DNA from: a virus
Taxonomy: Duplodnaviria; Caudoviricetes
Length of the DNA: 30,079 bases
Strand: one strand, 5' to 3'
Virus record (IMG/VR): IMGVR_UViG_3300009183_000263
Location: 1 to 30,079 of that record
In this document: piece by piece, positions 1 through 10,412 of the stretch
Position numbering within the stretch: the stretch's first letter is position 1
How the letters are laid out: every line of letters starts with the position of its first letter
Notes under the pieces: generated by a model
Databases searched by the model: none
Told to the model about the DNA's origin: nothing
Seen by the model: only the letters and a program-made list of their open reading frames with translations
Position numbers and translations under genes: made by a program

Positions 1-1096
1 AAGGTGCTGAATCATTACAGTTATTTCTATTAACAAAATTTATGTTGCTTATATTTATTTTAGAATCAAATATAGATAATCCAGCACCTCTTACATAACA
101 AAAACCAATATTAGTATCGGTATAATTTAGACGCCTTGTCCAATTTGATTTTCTGTTTGCAACAGCTCCCCATTTTGAATCGATATCGCTCGAACTCCAA
201 TCTAAACTAATATCATTAGTATAGTATACGTTATAATTAACGGAATTTGGTTCCTCGTCAAAATATCTTTCGGTATCCCACCAAAAATTCGGTGCTGTTC
301 CTCTTTTGAAACGTGATCGTATATGTGCTGTTGCTGATTTAGATCCATTTCCTAAATTATATCCAAAATTCATCCCACCTTGCATTTTCTGATTTTTAAT
401 TCTAGGCCAGCAATATAACCCACCTTTTAATCCAGAACTAAATCCGAAAATAGTATCAACCGTATTTTGATCTATGTATTGGATTGTTATATTAGCAGTG
501 TTCCAATTCCAATTTATTATCGCCCAATTTGCCGGGCGATTCGTATTGTCCGATGGCTCTAAGTAATTAGCTCCTTCTCCTTCGGTTGTGTCTTCGTCCA
601 CATATATAGTATAATTGCCATTGATATTATTTTGTGCCCACCAAGAAGCTACTGTTAGTGTTTTGAAACATGGACGTAATTCACCGTTAACGTTTGATCG
701 TGCTTGCGGAGCACTATCAGTAGCATTAATATCACTGGGACGAACCACTACTATACTGGATGTTCCAGCAACTGGTGCTATTTTTATTTGTCCGGAAGCA
801 TTAAACATTAATCCACCAGTTGGATCTAAATTTACGGAAATTCCGTTATCTAATTTTATTCCCTTGGTTGTGTTGACTATATTTGGATTTAATTTATCTA
901 ATGTGATGGCATTATTAGATATATTATTCTGGTTTATAGTTAACGAGGATGGATTGTTTTGTATTTCGCTATTTACGTATTTTAAAACAGAACTCAATTG
1001 TGCGGAGTTTGAAACATTATTGTGATCTACATGGATATAATCTCCAGCATTTAATGTGTTGATCAAAGGTAGGTCTGTTATATACTTATTAGCCAT
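1..1096 (-). CDS. Tail fibre/tailspike-like protein, 3' end truncated by the window edge (missing from the ORF track)
   Basis: Translated by hand: ATG at 1096 (MANKYITDLPLINTLNAGDYIHVD...) and no stop codon down to position 2. It has an N-terminal 'ITDLP...D' fibre-attachment-type motif, an 'ISNNAITLDKL' fibre repeat and 'VVVRPSDINATDS...PCFKTL', which resembles the motif preceding beta-helix domains. It has its own TATAAATA promoter. Confidence 0.7.
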   Translation of the reverse strand, partial: MANKYITDLPLINTLNAGDYIHVDHNNVSNSAQLSSVLKYVNSEIQNNPSSLTINQNNISNNAITLDKLNPNIVNTTKGIKLDNGISVNLDPTGGLMFNASGQIKIAPVAGTSSIVVVRPSDINATDSAPQARSNVNGELRPCFKTLTVASWWAQNNINGNYTIYVDEDTTEGEGANYLEPSDNTNRPANWAIINWNWNTANITIQYIDQNTVDTIFGFSSGLKGGLYCWPRIKNQKMQGGMNFGYNLGNGSKSATAHIRSRFKRGTAPNFWWDTERYFDEEPNSVNYNVYYTNDISLDWSSSDIDSKWGAVANRKSNWTRRLNYTDTNIGFCYVRGAGLSIFDSKINISNINFVNRNNCNDSAP

Positions 1097-1101
1097 GTAT
1101 C

Positions 1102-1109
1102 TATTTATA
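1102..1109 (-). promoter_or_regulatory. T4-type late promoter TATAAATA
   Basis: Full consensus on the minus strand, 5 nt upstream of the ATG at 1096. Confidence 0.8.
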
Positions 1110-1120
1110 AGATTTGTGTC

Positions 1121-1151
1121 AAAAAAACCAATTGATCCTTAGTCAATTGGT
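1121..1151 (-). terminator. Rho-independent terminator ending the baseplate operon
   Basis: Stem accaattga (1127-1135) / tcaattggt (1143-1151) with a 7-nt loop, followed on the minus strand by a T run (A run at 1121-1127). It lies downstream of the stop at 1206. Confidence 0.75.
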
Positions 1152-1205
1152 AGTTCGTGGTGTGTGTTGGTTATGCCGGTGAATCAAAAAATATTTGATT
1201 ATTTT

Positions 1206-2561
1206 TTAATATTTCAAGTTAATATAACTGTTATCTTTGAAAATCAGATAATCATTAAGTTTTGTAATTAAATACGTAGAATCAACAACAACAACTATAT
1301 CTGCGGTAGTATCGAAACCTGCTACATTTGATATCACACATTTGTATGTACCGGAATCCGAAAGTTCTAAAGAATTTATAGTAAACGTTTCGTTAGTTAT
1401 TCCCGTGTCTATATTATTTTTATACCATATGTAACTGAATGGTTCATCTCCTTTGACTTTAAGCATTAATGATAACGACTCATTTGGTTTTTTAATTATG
1501 CTATGTAACGGTTGTGAAACTATAGAAGGAGGATTTAGCAAAGTTATATTAACAGAATTACTTACTACGCTTCCAGCAGTATTACTTACTCTGCATGTTA
1601 TATCAGAAAGATTTATTTTTATATTTGATATTGCATATGTCGAATTTGTTGCATTGGGATCATCGATTCCGTTAATTCTCCATTGATATGATAATGGTGT
1701 AGTTCCAGTGGCATCTATATGTAATACCACGGAATCACCATTAGTTATATTTTGCGATATTGGTTGTAGTGTTATAACAGGCTTGATAGGAGCTACCTTA
1801 ACTTGTAATGATGCAAATCTGCTAGTAATCGGATCTGATGTTGTGACAGAAGCAACACAATAATACACCATAGTGTCAGAAATCTGAGCATCTGTTATGG
1901 TCATCACATTGCTCACATGATTGATAGTATTGATATCTAGTCCATCTGTTCTAAACCATGAGTATGAAATGGGTTCGTCATTATATACAGCACTTACTAC
2001 AAAAGAAGCCGTTTCGTGTTCGTTTATTATGATATTATGGTGTTGTCTGATCCATTTAAACTTGGATACGACTGCTGCTTGTATTGGTATTGTTTTTGAT
2101 AAAATTAATTTATTTATAACATTACCTTTAGCAGTATCCATCATAACAAAAACCGAATTGTCGGTATCGTCAAGAAATTGAGCATTTCCTATATATAAAT
2201 TTTCATATTCTTTATAAAACGAATTCTGTGCTATTTTTATAGGCATTTGATATCTAAAAATGCTGAAATCTAAATATGTTATTGTTATTGTGGGATAATA
2301 AAAAACATTATATGTATCCACAGATGGATACAATGTGTGTTTTATCAAATCTAATTCTAATTTATTAATTTCTGAAAACGAAAACTTTTTAACTAATATA
2401 TCGGTATCATCAGTGAAATTAATTTCTATTTTTATAATAGGATTAGTCAATCCCACCAAATTAGAAAAATCTATAACTATTTCGGTTTCTCCTTTGAATG
2501 TTCTAGCTGGGTATGTATATCCCAATCCGCCAAAAGTAGTTAATTTATAATAAGAATCCAT
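1206..2561 (-). CDS. Virion protein with three tandem Ig-like (I-set type) domains
   Basis: Repeats with YSWFR...DTMVYYCVAS, PVITLQPISQ...SYQWRING...CRVSNTAGS and PSIVSQP...SYIWYKN...DSGTYKCVISNVAG. Located in the baseplate operon. Confidence 0.8.
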   Translation of the reverse strand: MDSYYKLTTFGGLGYTYPARTFKGETEIVIDFSNLVGLTNPIIKIEINFTDDTDILVKKFSFSEINKLELDLIKHTLYPSVDTYNVFYYPTITITYLDFSIFRYQMPIKIAQNSFYKEYENLYIGNAQFLDDTDNSVFVMMDTAKGNVINKLILSKTIPIQAAVVSKFKWIRQHHNIIINEHETASFVVSAVYNDEPISYSWFRTDGLDINTINHVSNVMTITDAQISDTMVYYCVASVTTSDPITSRFASLQVKVAPIKPVITLQPISQNITNGDSVVLHIDATGTTPLSYQWRINGIDDPNATNSTYAISNIKINLSDITCRVSNTAGSVVSNSVNITLLNPPSIVSQPLHSIIKKPNESLSLMLKVKGDEPFSYIWYKNNIDTGITNETFTINSLELSDSGTYKCVISNVAGFDTTADIVVVVDSTYLITKLNDYLIFKDNSYINLKY

Positions 2562-2563
2562 AA

Positions 2564-5251
2564 TTATGAAAAAGATAATACTCCGTCTTCAAATTGATTT
2601 GTTGTATTAGATGTTATGTCATTTAATATTATATTATTATCCAATAATGAAGGAGTATCATAAAAATTAATAGTTTTGTATGTTTCATTTCCGAAATATT
2701 TATGAAATATTATTTTATATGGATTAATCTCTTTTCCATTATAATTAAACCAAATTTGATATATATATGCAAATTCGTTTTGGTCTTCTACTGTTGTTAT
2801 TACGGAATATACATTATTTCTCGAATTATAAATTAATGTTGGTTGGTTAATTTTGGTAATTTTGATAGGATTGTCTACTGCATTGTTGTGATATGATTCT
2901 GATACTAATACAATTGATATTTTAGTTTTTACTCCAGTAGAATAGTCTATTTTATAAAAAGAAGGAATTATGGAAAAATCATTTGACTCGTGATCATACA
3001 CAGATAATTCAGCGACCATGCAATAGTCTCGATTTTCGAATATAAATGGATTAGAAACATTTCTCAAAAAACCAGTTTCGATTCCGTTTTTTATGAAACT
3101 GGCTTCTGTTCCGGAATATTCAAACATTCCAGAATTATATAGTAACTTCTCAAATATTATGTTATTTTTAGTTCTTATCCAAATGAAATCATTGTATATA
3201 TTAAAATCAAGTATTTGAGAAAAATCGTCTTGGTATTTGTTACTGATTTGTACGGATAATGCCGATGATAATGGTGATATTGCTCCTGTAATAATATCTC
3301 TTATATACAAAGATCCATAAGAGCTTCTTAATTCATACGAATTTAAAGTGTTATTATCTGTAATTGTTGATGTTATTGTTTTGTTTGATGACAATGTTTC
3401 GTTTATTACGAATTTTGTTTGTGAATTGAAATCAAATTCCGCATCGCATACATCTGTTATAAGACCACCATCAAAGTCTTTGTGTTTTATAGAAGATACT
3501 ATGTTTTGATAAGCATCATATTCCGATGTTCCGTTTGTGAAATCACCTACTTCTCCGTCTATAGATAAATTATAATAATAATCCGATGCCCATACATCAG
3601 GTTTTACCCATTCTGGATCATTCAATTGCACTTCTTCCGGAAGAATTTTGCCCCCAAAGAATTCTATAGGTCCGCCTTCATATTCTTCACATATGTCAAT
3701 AGATATATTATCAACAGTGGTGTTGTCTTTTAACTGTTTTCTACTTTTTTGTTTAAATAGTGCATATTGATTACCATATATATCAGTAGTCCATTTGGAT
3801 ATCACTCCCTTATCGTAAATATTAGAAAAATTAGTAAGAAACCCATCATTTCCTAAATTAAAGTTATTTGATAACTGATTTCTTGAAAAATAAGGATAAT
3901 AATCTTGTGTATATGGATTAGAATTTATATCTCCTTCTTCATTTCCCGTACTTTTATTTTTAACGGATTTTGTATACTCTGCAATATGAATTAATGGATA
4001 TTCATAATTAAATTTTCTGGTCAATCCTGAAGTATTTCCATATATGTCTGGATCGGGAAATATATAAAGTTTGTTTGGTTCTAATTTACTAGAATCTATC
4101 TTGTATTTTTTTTCTGGAACAGAATAATATAATATGCTGTTCTTTTCCGGAGTAAAAAACAAACCAATTCTTCTGCATGATTGAAGATCTGATTCTTCTT
4201 CTACTGATGCCGTTGTTGGAAAATGTCTGTTTAATAAATTACCAGAAGGATTATCTGCCTTGAATAGAATTGATGATGTTACATCAGTTATCGTAGAACC
4301 AGTGGTTATGTAATAGAAATCACTACCGATGTATTTCTTAATTAATTTATTTTTAAGAGATACTATTCTTTCTGATTTTGTTTTATTAGTGGATATTAAG
4401 TCATATAGCTTATCGTCCGGCTTACAATTCAAATCAACAGAAGTTAAATTGTAATTTACTGTGAATATTCTCCCAAATTCTGTTAAAAATGTCCGCACAT
4501 TTTTCATTATTTCGTCCACTATCGATTGTTCGAAATTAATGAATATATTTGCATTAATATCATTAATGTTGGAAGAATATAGAACCTTTCTCAAATCTGT
4601 CTTGACATCATACGTTTCATACGACTCTACTGGGTCGTTATCTAGATAATTTGTATAAAGATCATACAATTCTTCGATTTCTATCTTTAAATCCGATAAT
4701 AATAAGGTTTCGTCTATTATTGTTTGTTGTGTTCCGACTTCTAATACATCGAAAAATATCACATCGGTTATGGTTTCGTATATAGTTTGTTCTAAGCTAT
4801 TACCCGTTCCTTTGTTTTTGATTTTTTGAGATTTGTTTTTTAACTTTTCTCTCTTATCTGAATAAAAATCACATATTTCTCTTAATTTTTTAGATAAGAA
4901 TGGAATAATAATATCCATATCAAACTCGTCATCAAAATCGACATTTGAAAGGAATCGTTTCTCTTCCAAAGTCGAATATTTAAGAAGTACGTCTTTTGCA
5001 AATTCTATGTATCTTTCTTGTATAGACTGATTTATCTGTAGATTAGAACTTTTCTTAATTGCTCCCCATTGTTTTATGTATTCTATGTATAAATCATTTG
5101 CCTGTATAGGAGATAAATTAGAATTTATATATTTTATGTAATCAAAAAACGAAAATGGACTTTGTGAATCCAAATATTCAGAAGATACTGTATTTGGATT
5201 TACAATCGAATTTAACGGTAAAATTTTCGAAAATACGAAAGAATTTGACAC
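2564..5251 (-). CDS. Large putative baseplate/virion structural protein of unknown family (about 895 aa)
   Basis: Long ORF between the gp7-like and Ig genes. GTG at 5251 is preferred over TTG at 5266 because it follows the upstream stop by 1 nt and has TAAATA 5 nt upstream. Confidence 0.55.
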   Translation of the reverse strand: MSNSFVFSKILPLNSIVNPNTVSSEYLDSQSPFSFFDYIKYINSNLSPIQANDLYIEYIKQWGAIKKSSNLQINQSIQERYIEFAKDVLLKYSTLEEKRFLSNVDFDDEFDMDIIIPFLSKKLREICDFYSDKREKLKNKSQKIKNKGTGNSLEQTIYETITDVIFFDVLEVGTQQTIIDETLLLSDLKIEIEELYDLYTNYLDNDPVESYETYDVKTDLRKVLYSSNINDINANIFINFEQSIVDEIMKNVRTFLTEFGRIFTVNYNLTSVDLNCKPDDKLYDLISTNKTKSERIVSLKNKLIKKYIGSDFYYITTGSTITDVTSSILFKADNPSGNLLNRHFPTTASVEEESDLQSCRRIGLFFTPEKNSILYYSVPEKKYKIDSSKLEPNKLYIFPDPDIYGNTSGLTRKFNYEYPLIHIAEYTKSVKNKSTGNEEGDINSNPYTQDYYPYFSRNQLSNNFNLGNDGFLTNFSNIYDKGVISKWTTDIYGNQYALFKQKSRKQLKDNTTVDNISIDICEEYEGGPIEFFGGKILPEEVQLNDPEWVKPDVWASDYYYNLSIDGEVGDFTNGTSEYDAYQNIVSSIKHKDFDGGLITDVCDAEFDFNSQTKFVINETLSSNKTITSTITDNNTLNSYELRSSYGSLYIRDIITGAISPLSSALSVQISNKYQDDFSQILDFNIYNDFIWIRTKNNIIFEKLLYNSGMFEYSGTEASFIKNGIETGFLRNVSNPFIFENRDYCMVAELSVYDHESNDFSIIPSFYKIDYSTGVKTKISIVLVSESYHNNAVDNPIKITKINQPTLIYNSRNNVYSVITTVEDQNEFAYIYQIWFNYNGKEINPYKIIFHKYFGNETYKTINFYDTPSLLDNNIILNDITSNTTNQFEDGVLSFS

Positions 5252-5252
5252 A

Positions 5253-8200
5253 TTAATATTTAACAACGCCTAAGCCTTTTGCCAAGGAATATACCAACAT
5301 GTTCTCTCTGATATCATCCCACTGTTTTTTGGAGGTTATATATTCCGAAATTGTTGTGTATTTATCAGCCCAATTTATAATTCCTTCGGTTTGTGAATTG
5401 TCGTAATTTTCCACATATTCGTAGAATTTATAATATTTTGTTATATCATTTTGTTCATATGTGTCCGGTAACACCAATCCCCACCCCCAATACGGATGAT
5501 ACGAACTCAAATAATATGTTCTTGTATGTGAATCTAGAAATTTAATATAAGAAGAACTAAGAATATCTGTGTTTAAAATAGTGTAAGTTTCGCTAAATTT
5601 CTCAAATGCAATTATATCGAATCCCGCTGATAATATCGTTGTTTGAAAATCTAATTCTTTTCCTTTGTTTGTTCCGTATATAGGAATCCCACCATTCGCG
5701 ATAATATCCTCATTTATATAACCATTATCTTTGAAATTTTGATTAAATTTGTTTCTACTTCCTTTTAATTTAGAAAATTTTATGGAAAACAAATCTATGA
5801 GACGATTCACATCAGCTGGTAAATGAAGATTATTGTTTGTAAATTCATACAAATCTTCGTTCAGCATGGTATACATCGATTTTAATGTCTTTAAATTACA
5901 CGAATCAATGTTTGCCACGTTATCAGTAAAATTAGATATTTTTTCGTATACTAATTTTCCTAATTCTGTTGGATTTGATGATAATGTACCAAGAGCTGAT
6001 CCTATTATTCCGTCAAATAGTTTATCATCGTTTGATAGATATTCTTGAAATCTATATGATTTTATTTGTTGTAATGCATCAAAATTTTCATTTACTTTTC
6101 TTATATCATATTCTCCAGAAGTAGAATCAAATATCGAAAACGTATTACTGATTCCTTCCATTTGTAATGTATCTGCTGCTAAATGCTCGTATTTGTTTAT
6201 ATGACGAAATCCATTCCAATCTCCGTATCCTGTTATTTTGTCTTGTATTTTATTTGTAACTGAATCTACAATTTTGGGTATTTTTATACTTTTTGAAACA
6301 AAACCATATTTATCGACATCAGATTTGAAATACTGTAACGAATGATTTTTATTGTCGATTACTAAAATAGTATTATCTGTTGTGCATGTTATTCCTTCTA
6401 AATTACTTATATAATTATCGGGATTGTTATCAAACGGAGAATTTATTGTGTATGTTTGCGTAGTTATTATTGGTGGCGTTATTTTAACAACCTCGTTTAT
6501 GTTTTTAGTGGCCCAAATATTTCCGTTTGCATCTAATGTTAAATTCCATAAACTTCCTCCTGCATCGTAATCAATTACAGTTGAACCATTTTTATCAATT
6601 TTTACTATTTTGTCATTTTTCGAAGACAATGCTTTGCTGTTCGTAATCAAATCTTTGCTTATTACCCATGCATCTCCATGTAAATCAGTTATTAGTTCAG
6701 TAGCTTCGTAGTGGGGAGTGAATATTTTATTAAAAATAAAAACTCCTTCGTTAGTGTATTTTTCAACAAACGATAAGGTTTGATTCGAATATGATATCCA
6801 TATATTATCAAATACATCAGTATCTACGGATGCAGGAGTTACCGTGTTTTCGAAATCTATGTTATTATTTGCTATAGATGGCGTAATTACTTTATCTATG
6901 ATATTTGTATTATTATTAATTCGTATAGTGCTAACCGAATCATACAAAGTAATCCACACATTACCATATCGATCACTAGAGATATCCGAAGGAGAAGAAT
7001 TTGCTGGTATATCAAAACTATCGTATACCAATGCAAGAGTATCATCACTATTAATGCTAAATTTTTTAACAGATTGTCGATCTCCGTCTACTATCCATGC
7101 ATATTTAATAACTGAACCATCGTCATTCAATTTGGAAGTAACACAGGATGAATATATGCCAGATAACCCAACATCTAATACATGATCATTCAGTACTTTA
7201 TTTAAAATATTCGCCGTATCAATTTTTACTGTTATGTTATGTATTTGTGTAGCTTGTGGTTCTCCTATTATTGCATTTGATGTGTCCACAAAAAATACAT
7301 CATCGACATTTATAGGAACTTTTGCATATATATGAACATCGTCTAATTGTTTATCAGATACCAAATATCCTCTAAAGTATCCTCCGTATTTTTCCGAAGA
7401 CAATACACCGAAATTAGCATAGAAATTTATATCTGGTATTTTTACATCGTTTTTATCCTGTAATTCAATTTGTACTTTATAAGGTTCCGGATTAGTTCCT
7501 TCTAATAATGATAATATATTGTAGTATCTAGAGGAAGATACATAACCATATTTATTTTTGTCTTTAATTTTAACAACAAATGGTATTTTTTGGTTCGTAA
7601 ATTTTAATTTATTAATATCGAACGTATTAATATATTTTCCGTTATTATCGTCATCAATGCCATTGGATGTTATTGATAACTCGCTTGGATTTAATTTTTT
7701 AATAGTTATAGAAAATCCATTAGTATCATACACGGTATTTAAAATAGAAAGTTGATTATCTATAAAATTCTTATCAAAATATTCTGGATTTTTGAATCGC
7801 TTCGTGTCAAACGTACAATAGATAGTTGCTGCTACGGTTTTGTCTAGTTCGCTTTCTTTTGGAAGATCATCTATATAATAAAAAAGTTTACTTCCTGATG
7901 TTCCTGCAAGGCAAGATCCAGTTTCCGATTTGTCGCAAAATATTAATGTATTATCGTAATCTAATTTTACATACAATTCGTTATTATCGGTTTGTATATT
8001 ATTAACAGGAATTTTTTCTGTATTTCCTGTAATTGGATTTAAGATAAATGTTTCAAATCTAGCATATGGTTTCAAGTGACCCCATTTGTCCGAATTATAT
8101 TTTTCCGCATTCAACAACGGAGCTACGTTACCACTTACATGCAGATTTATAGTATATTCTCCTGATAATATATAAAAATTCTGCCAGCTATTGAATCGAA

Positions 8201-8585
8201 ATACTATGAATGGATTCTGTAAAGATCCTGTTTCTGTTTTGTTTTTTGATCCGGATAAAACAATGGTATCTGATATAAAATCTTTAACTAAAATATTTTG
8301 CGAAAACGAACTTTCGTTTCCACGGCCATTACTTCCTAATGTATAACATTGTACTGTATACCAACCCGGAAGATTGTAATAATGTGTTGCTGTGACTGAA
8401 TCCGATGTTGTTCCATCACCAAAATCCCATAATATTCTCTGGTTCGAATAATTAGCATTCGAACCATCATCAAATGTAGCAACAAATGTAAATGGAGTTA
8501 TAGGTAACGTATACCCACTTGTTGCAGGCATTCCAGTATGATCAAAAACATCAAAATAAATGTAATTATTGTGTTTTACTTGCAT
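5253..8585 (-). CDS. Baseplate wedge protein (gp7-like position) with an N-terminal PKD domain and a beta-propeller
   Basis: PKD motif WDFGDGTTS...HYYNLPGWYTV; Vgb/NHL-type repeats SDRYGNVWIT, DTDVFDNIWIS, TDLHGDAWVI and LDANGNIWAT; C-terminal 'NIDSCNLKTL' resembles gp7/P2 gpI wedge segments. Follows gp6 with a TAATG overlap. Confidence 0.65.
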   Translation of the reverse strand: MQVKHNNYIYFDVFDHTGMPATSGYTLPITPFTFVATFDDGSNANYSNQRILWDFGDGTTSDSVTATHYYNLPGWYTVQCYTLGSNGRGNESSFSQNILVKDFISDTIVLSGSKNKTETGSLQNPFIVFRFNSWQNFYILSGEYTINLHVSGNVAPLLNAEKYNSDKWGHLKPYARFETFILNPITGNTEKIPVNNIQTDNNELYVKLDYDNTLIFCDKSETGSCLAGTSGSKLFYYIDDLPKESELDKTVAATIYCTFDTKRFKNPEYFDKNFIDNQLSILNTVYDTNGFSITIKKLNPSELSITSNGIDDDNNGKYINTFDINKLKFTNQKIPFVVKIKDKNKYGYVSSSRYYNILSLLEGTNPEPYKVQIELQDKNDVKIPDINFYANFGVLSSEKYGGYFRGYLVSDKQLDDVHIYAKVPINVDDVFFVDTSNAIIGEPQATQIHNITVKIDTANILNKVLNDHVLDVGLSGIYSSCVTSKLNDDGSVIKYAWIVDGDRQSVKKFSINSDDTLALVYDSFDIPANSSPSDISSDRYGNVWITLYDSVSTIRINNNTNIIDKVITPSIANNNIDFENTVTPASVDTDVFDNIWISYSNQTLSFVEKYTNEGVFIFNKIFTPHYEATELITDLHGDAWVISKDLITNSKALSSKNDKIVKIDKNGSTVIDYDAGGSLWNLTLDANGNIWATKNINEVVKITPPIITTQTYTINSPFDNNPDNYISNLEGITCTTDNTILVIDNKNHSLQYFKSDVDKYGFVSKSIKIPKIVDSVTNKIQDKITGYGDWNGFRHINKYEHLAADTLQMEGISNTFSIFDSTSGEYDIRKVNENFDALQQIKSYRFQEYLSNDDKLFDGIIGSALGTLSSNPTELGKLVYEKISNFTDNVANIDSCNLKTLKSMYTMLNEDLYEFTNNNLHLPADVNRLIDLFSIKFSKLKGSRNKFNQNFKDNGYINEDIIANGGIPIYGTNKGKELDFQTTILSAGFDIIAFEKFSETYTILNTDILSSSYIKFLDSHTRTYYLSSYHPYWGWGLVLPDTYEQNDITKYYKFYEYVENYDNSQTEGIINWADKYTTISEYITSKKQWDDIRENMLVYSLAKGLGVVKY
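5257..5262 (-). promoter_or_regulatory. Late promoter core TAAATA
   Basis: 5 nt upstream of the GTG at 5251, embedded in the 3' end of the upstream gene. Confidence 0.5.
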
Positions 8586-10411
8586 TATAAGACCTCTATT
8601 TTATTAATTAAATTTGAAATCTGATAAAAGAACGGAAATTCGAAAAATTTCAATGTTATGTTTTGTGAAAGTGTATTAACTGTTGATTTAGTATACAATG
8701 GATTCCAGTATATAAAATTTATTTTAGATGTTTTGTATTCTGTATTGTTATTGTATCTTATGGTTTCTAAAGACTTGACTCCATTTAAATTAAGTATATT
8801 GAAACTTAATTGACTCATATCCAAAAATTGTCCTAGTTTATTATTACTTTGATCGAAGAAATTTTTAATATAATTAAAAACATTACTTCTTATTTGTTCT
8901 TTTGAAATAATTTGGTCGGAAGATCGGGTAATTCTTATAATAGTTTCGTCTCTGATAGAAGAAGTCACTGTTTCTCCCAAAATTGGTAATCCTATATCAA
9001 ATGCTAAATAAATCGGGTCGCTCACAACAACATTATGATTCAACATTTTGTATTGATTCATTTTGTCAATTATAGATTGCTTTTGTGCAAAGAATAATTC
9101 GATTGGAGTTGTTTCATTGATAATAGTTCCTAATTTGGGGACACAAAATGAATATATATTATTAAAATCGCACGCATCATTGAATGATATCTGATTAAAA
9201 AGCAATTTATCATCCATGTTGGGTTTTTCCAATCCAAGATCATAAAAATAAGAAAGATATTCCGAAGTATACTGTTTATTTGATACAACTTTAACATCTT
9301 GAATGATATTAGAGAAGTTTTTATATATTAATGATTCATAATCGGAAACGGTAACTGCTCGATTTTGTGCAGAAAATACTAATGGTGCATTTTTTCTGAT
9401 ATCGTCTACGGTTTGTATGAATGTTGGAGGGACTGATGCATAAGTATTATCAAACTTCAATGAAATGATATCATTTGCTGTGATATAATTTGTATTTTCG
9501 TCTTTTATGTCATTATATATTTCACTATATAGTCCTGTGTTAAATAATGTTAATTTTCCTGCTTTGGTTGCGTTGTTTCCGACCAATCCAGCATTACCGT
9601 CACTTTCGAGATAATAAATAGCAATAATATCTCCGGAATTTAATCGCTTTCCATTAATATTATCTCCGAATTTTATTTCTTGGTGTCCATATTCGTTCAA
9701 TCTTTTTTCAAAAACTGATGAGATATTATCAGAAAGATACAAACTACTTACTTCTTTCCATTCCGTCCATTTTTGTGTATTAACATCTCTGATAAACACA
9801 TATATATTGTTATGATCGACCATTTTAGATGGTGATGACGAGGGATAATCAACATTTAGTGTAACTTGTTCGTAATTTTCACCTATAGCAATAGAAAGGG
9901 GATATTCTCTAAACATTCCCTGATATAAAAGATTGTTACTTCCTATGGAATCTATGGTTTCGTTCTTATTAATGAGATATTTTTGAAATGTTATATCAGA
10001 ATTAAATGAATATGGTGTATTTCCTATACTCATATTAGAAAATCTTTTAATGGTATATGCTTTTCCTCCGGTTAGTTTAGAATCAGCACTAACTGACACG
10101 TTTAAACTTGATGTATAGTTACCATTTGTCTTGTATCCTATCAAAGATACAATTTTGTTCATGTTTTCGAACAAATCGGCTTGGGTAAACAACGAATCGG
10201 ATGCTGTTTGGTTGAGATAAAACATCAATACATGAAATGTATATGCCACAATATCTACCAATCCATTGATATTACTACCTTCATAATCAATATCTGGAAA
10301 TATACCACTACTTTTGATACGATTTGTTATTAATTGCTTCATGCTAACTGCATCAAACGCAGCATACGCATTTCTAGCAAGATTAAATTCTGTAAAATTT
10401 TGTGTATTCAT
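8585..10411 (-). CDS. Baseplate wedge subunit, T4 gp6-like
   Basis: FDAVSMK...DYEGSNINGLVDIVAY...YLN, IKFGDNINGKRL, YLESDGNAG, IRKNAPLVFSAQNRAVTVSDY. Start at MNTQ (10411), 1 nt after the gp25 stop. Confidence 0.92.
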   Translation of the reverse strand: MNTQNFTEFNLARNAYAAFDAVSMKQLITNRIKSSGIFPDIDYEGSNINGLVDIVAYTFHVLMFYLNQTASDSLFTQADLFENMNKIVSLIGYKTNGNYTSSLNVSVSADSKLTGGKAYTIKRFSNMSIGNTPYSFNSDITFQKYLINKNETIDSIGSNNLLYQGMFREYPLSIAIGENYEQVTLNVDYPSSSPSKMVDHNNIYVFIRDVNTQKWTEWKEVSSLYLSDNISSVFEKRLNEYGHQEIKFGDNINGKRLNSGDIIAIYYLESDGNAGLVGNNATKAGKLTLFNTGLYSEIYNDIKDENTNYITANDIISLKFDNTYASVPPTFIQTVDDIRKNAPLVFSAQNRAVTVSDYESLIYKNFSNIIQDVKVVSNKQYTSEYLSYFYDLGLEKPNMDDKLLFNQISFNDACDFNNIYSFCVPKLGTIINETTPIELFFAQKQSIIDKMNQYKMLNHNVVVSDPIYLAFDIGLPILGETVTSSIRDETIIRITRSSDQIISKEQIRSNVFNYIKNFFDQSNNKLGQFLDMSQLSFNILNLNGVKSLETIRYNNNTEYKTSKINFIYWNPLYTKSTVNTLSQNITLKFFEFPFFYQISNLINKIEVL

Positions 10412-10412
10412 T

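Noticed and set aside
1152-1205. GT-rich intergenic stretch as a possible small RNA
   Set aside because: Too short, with only a weak AT-rich hairpin and no tRNA or known ncRNA features; explained as a 3' UTR before the terminator.
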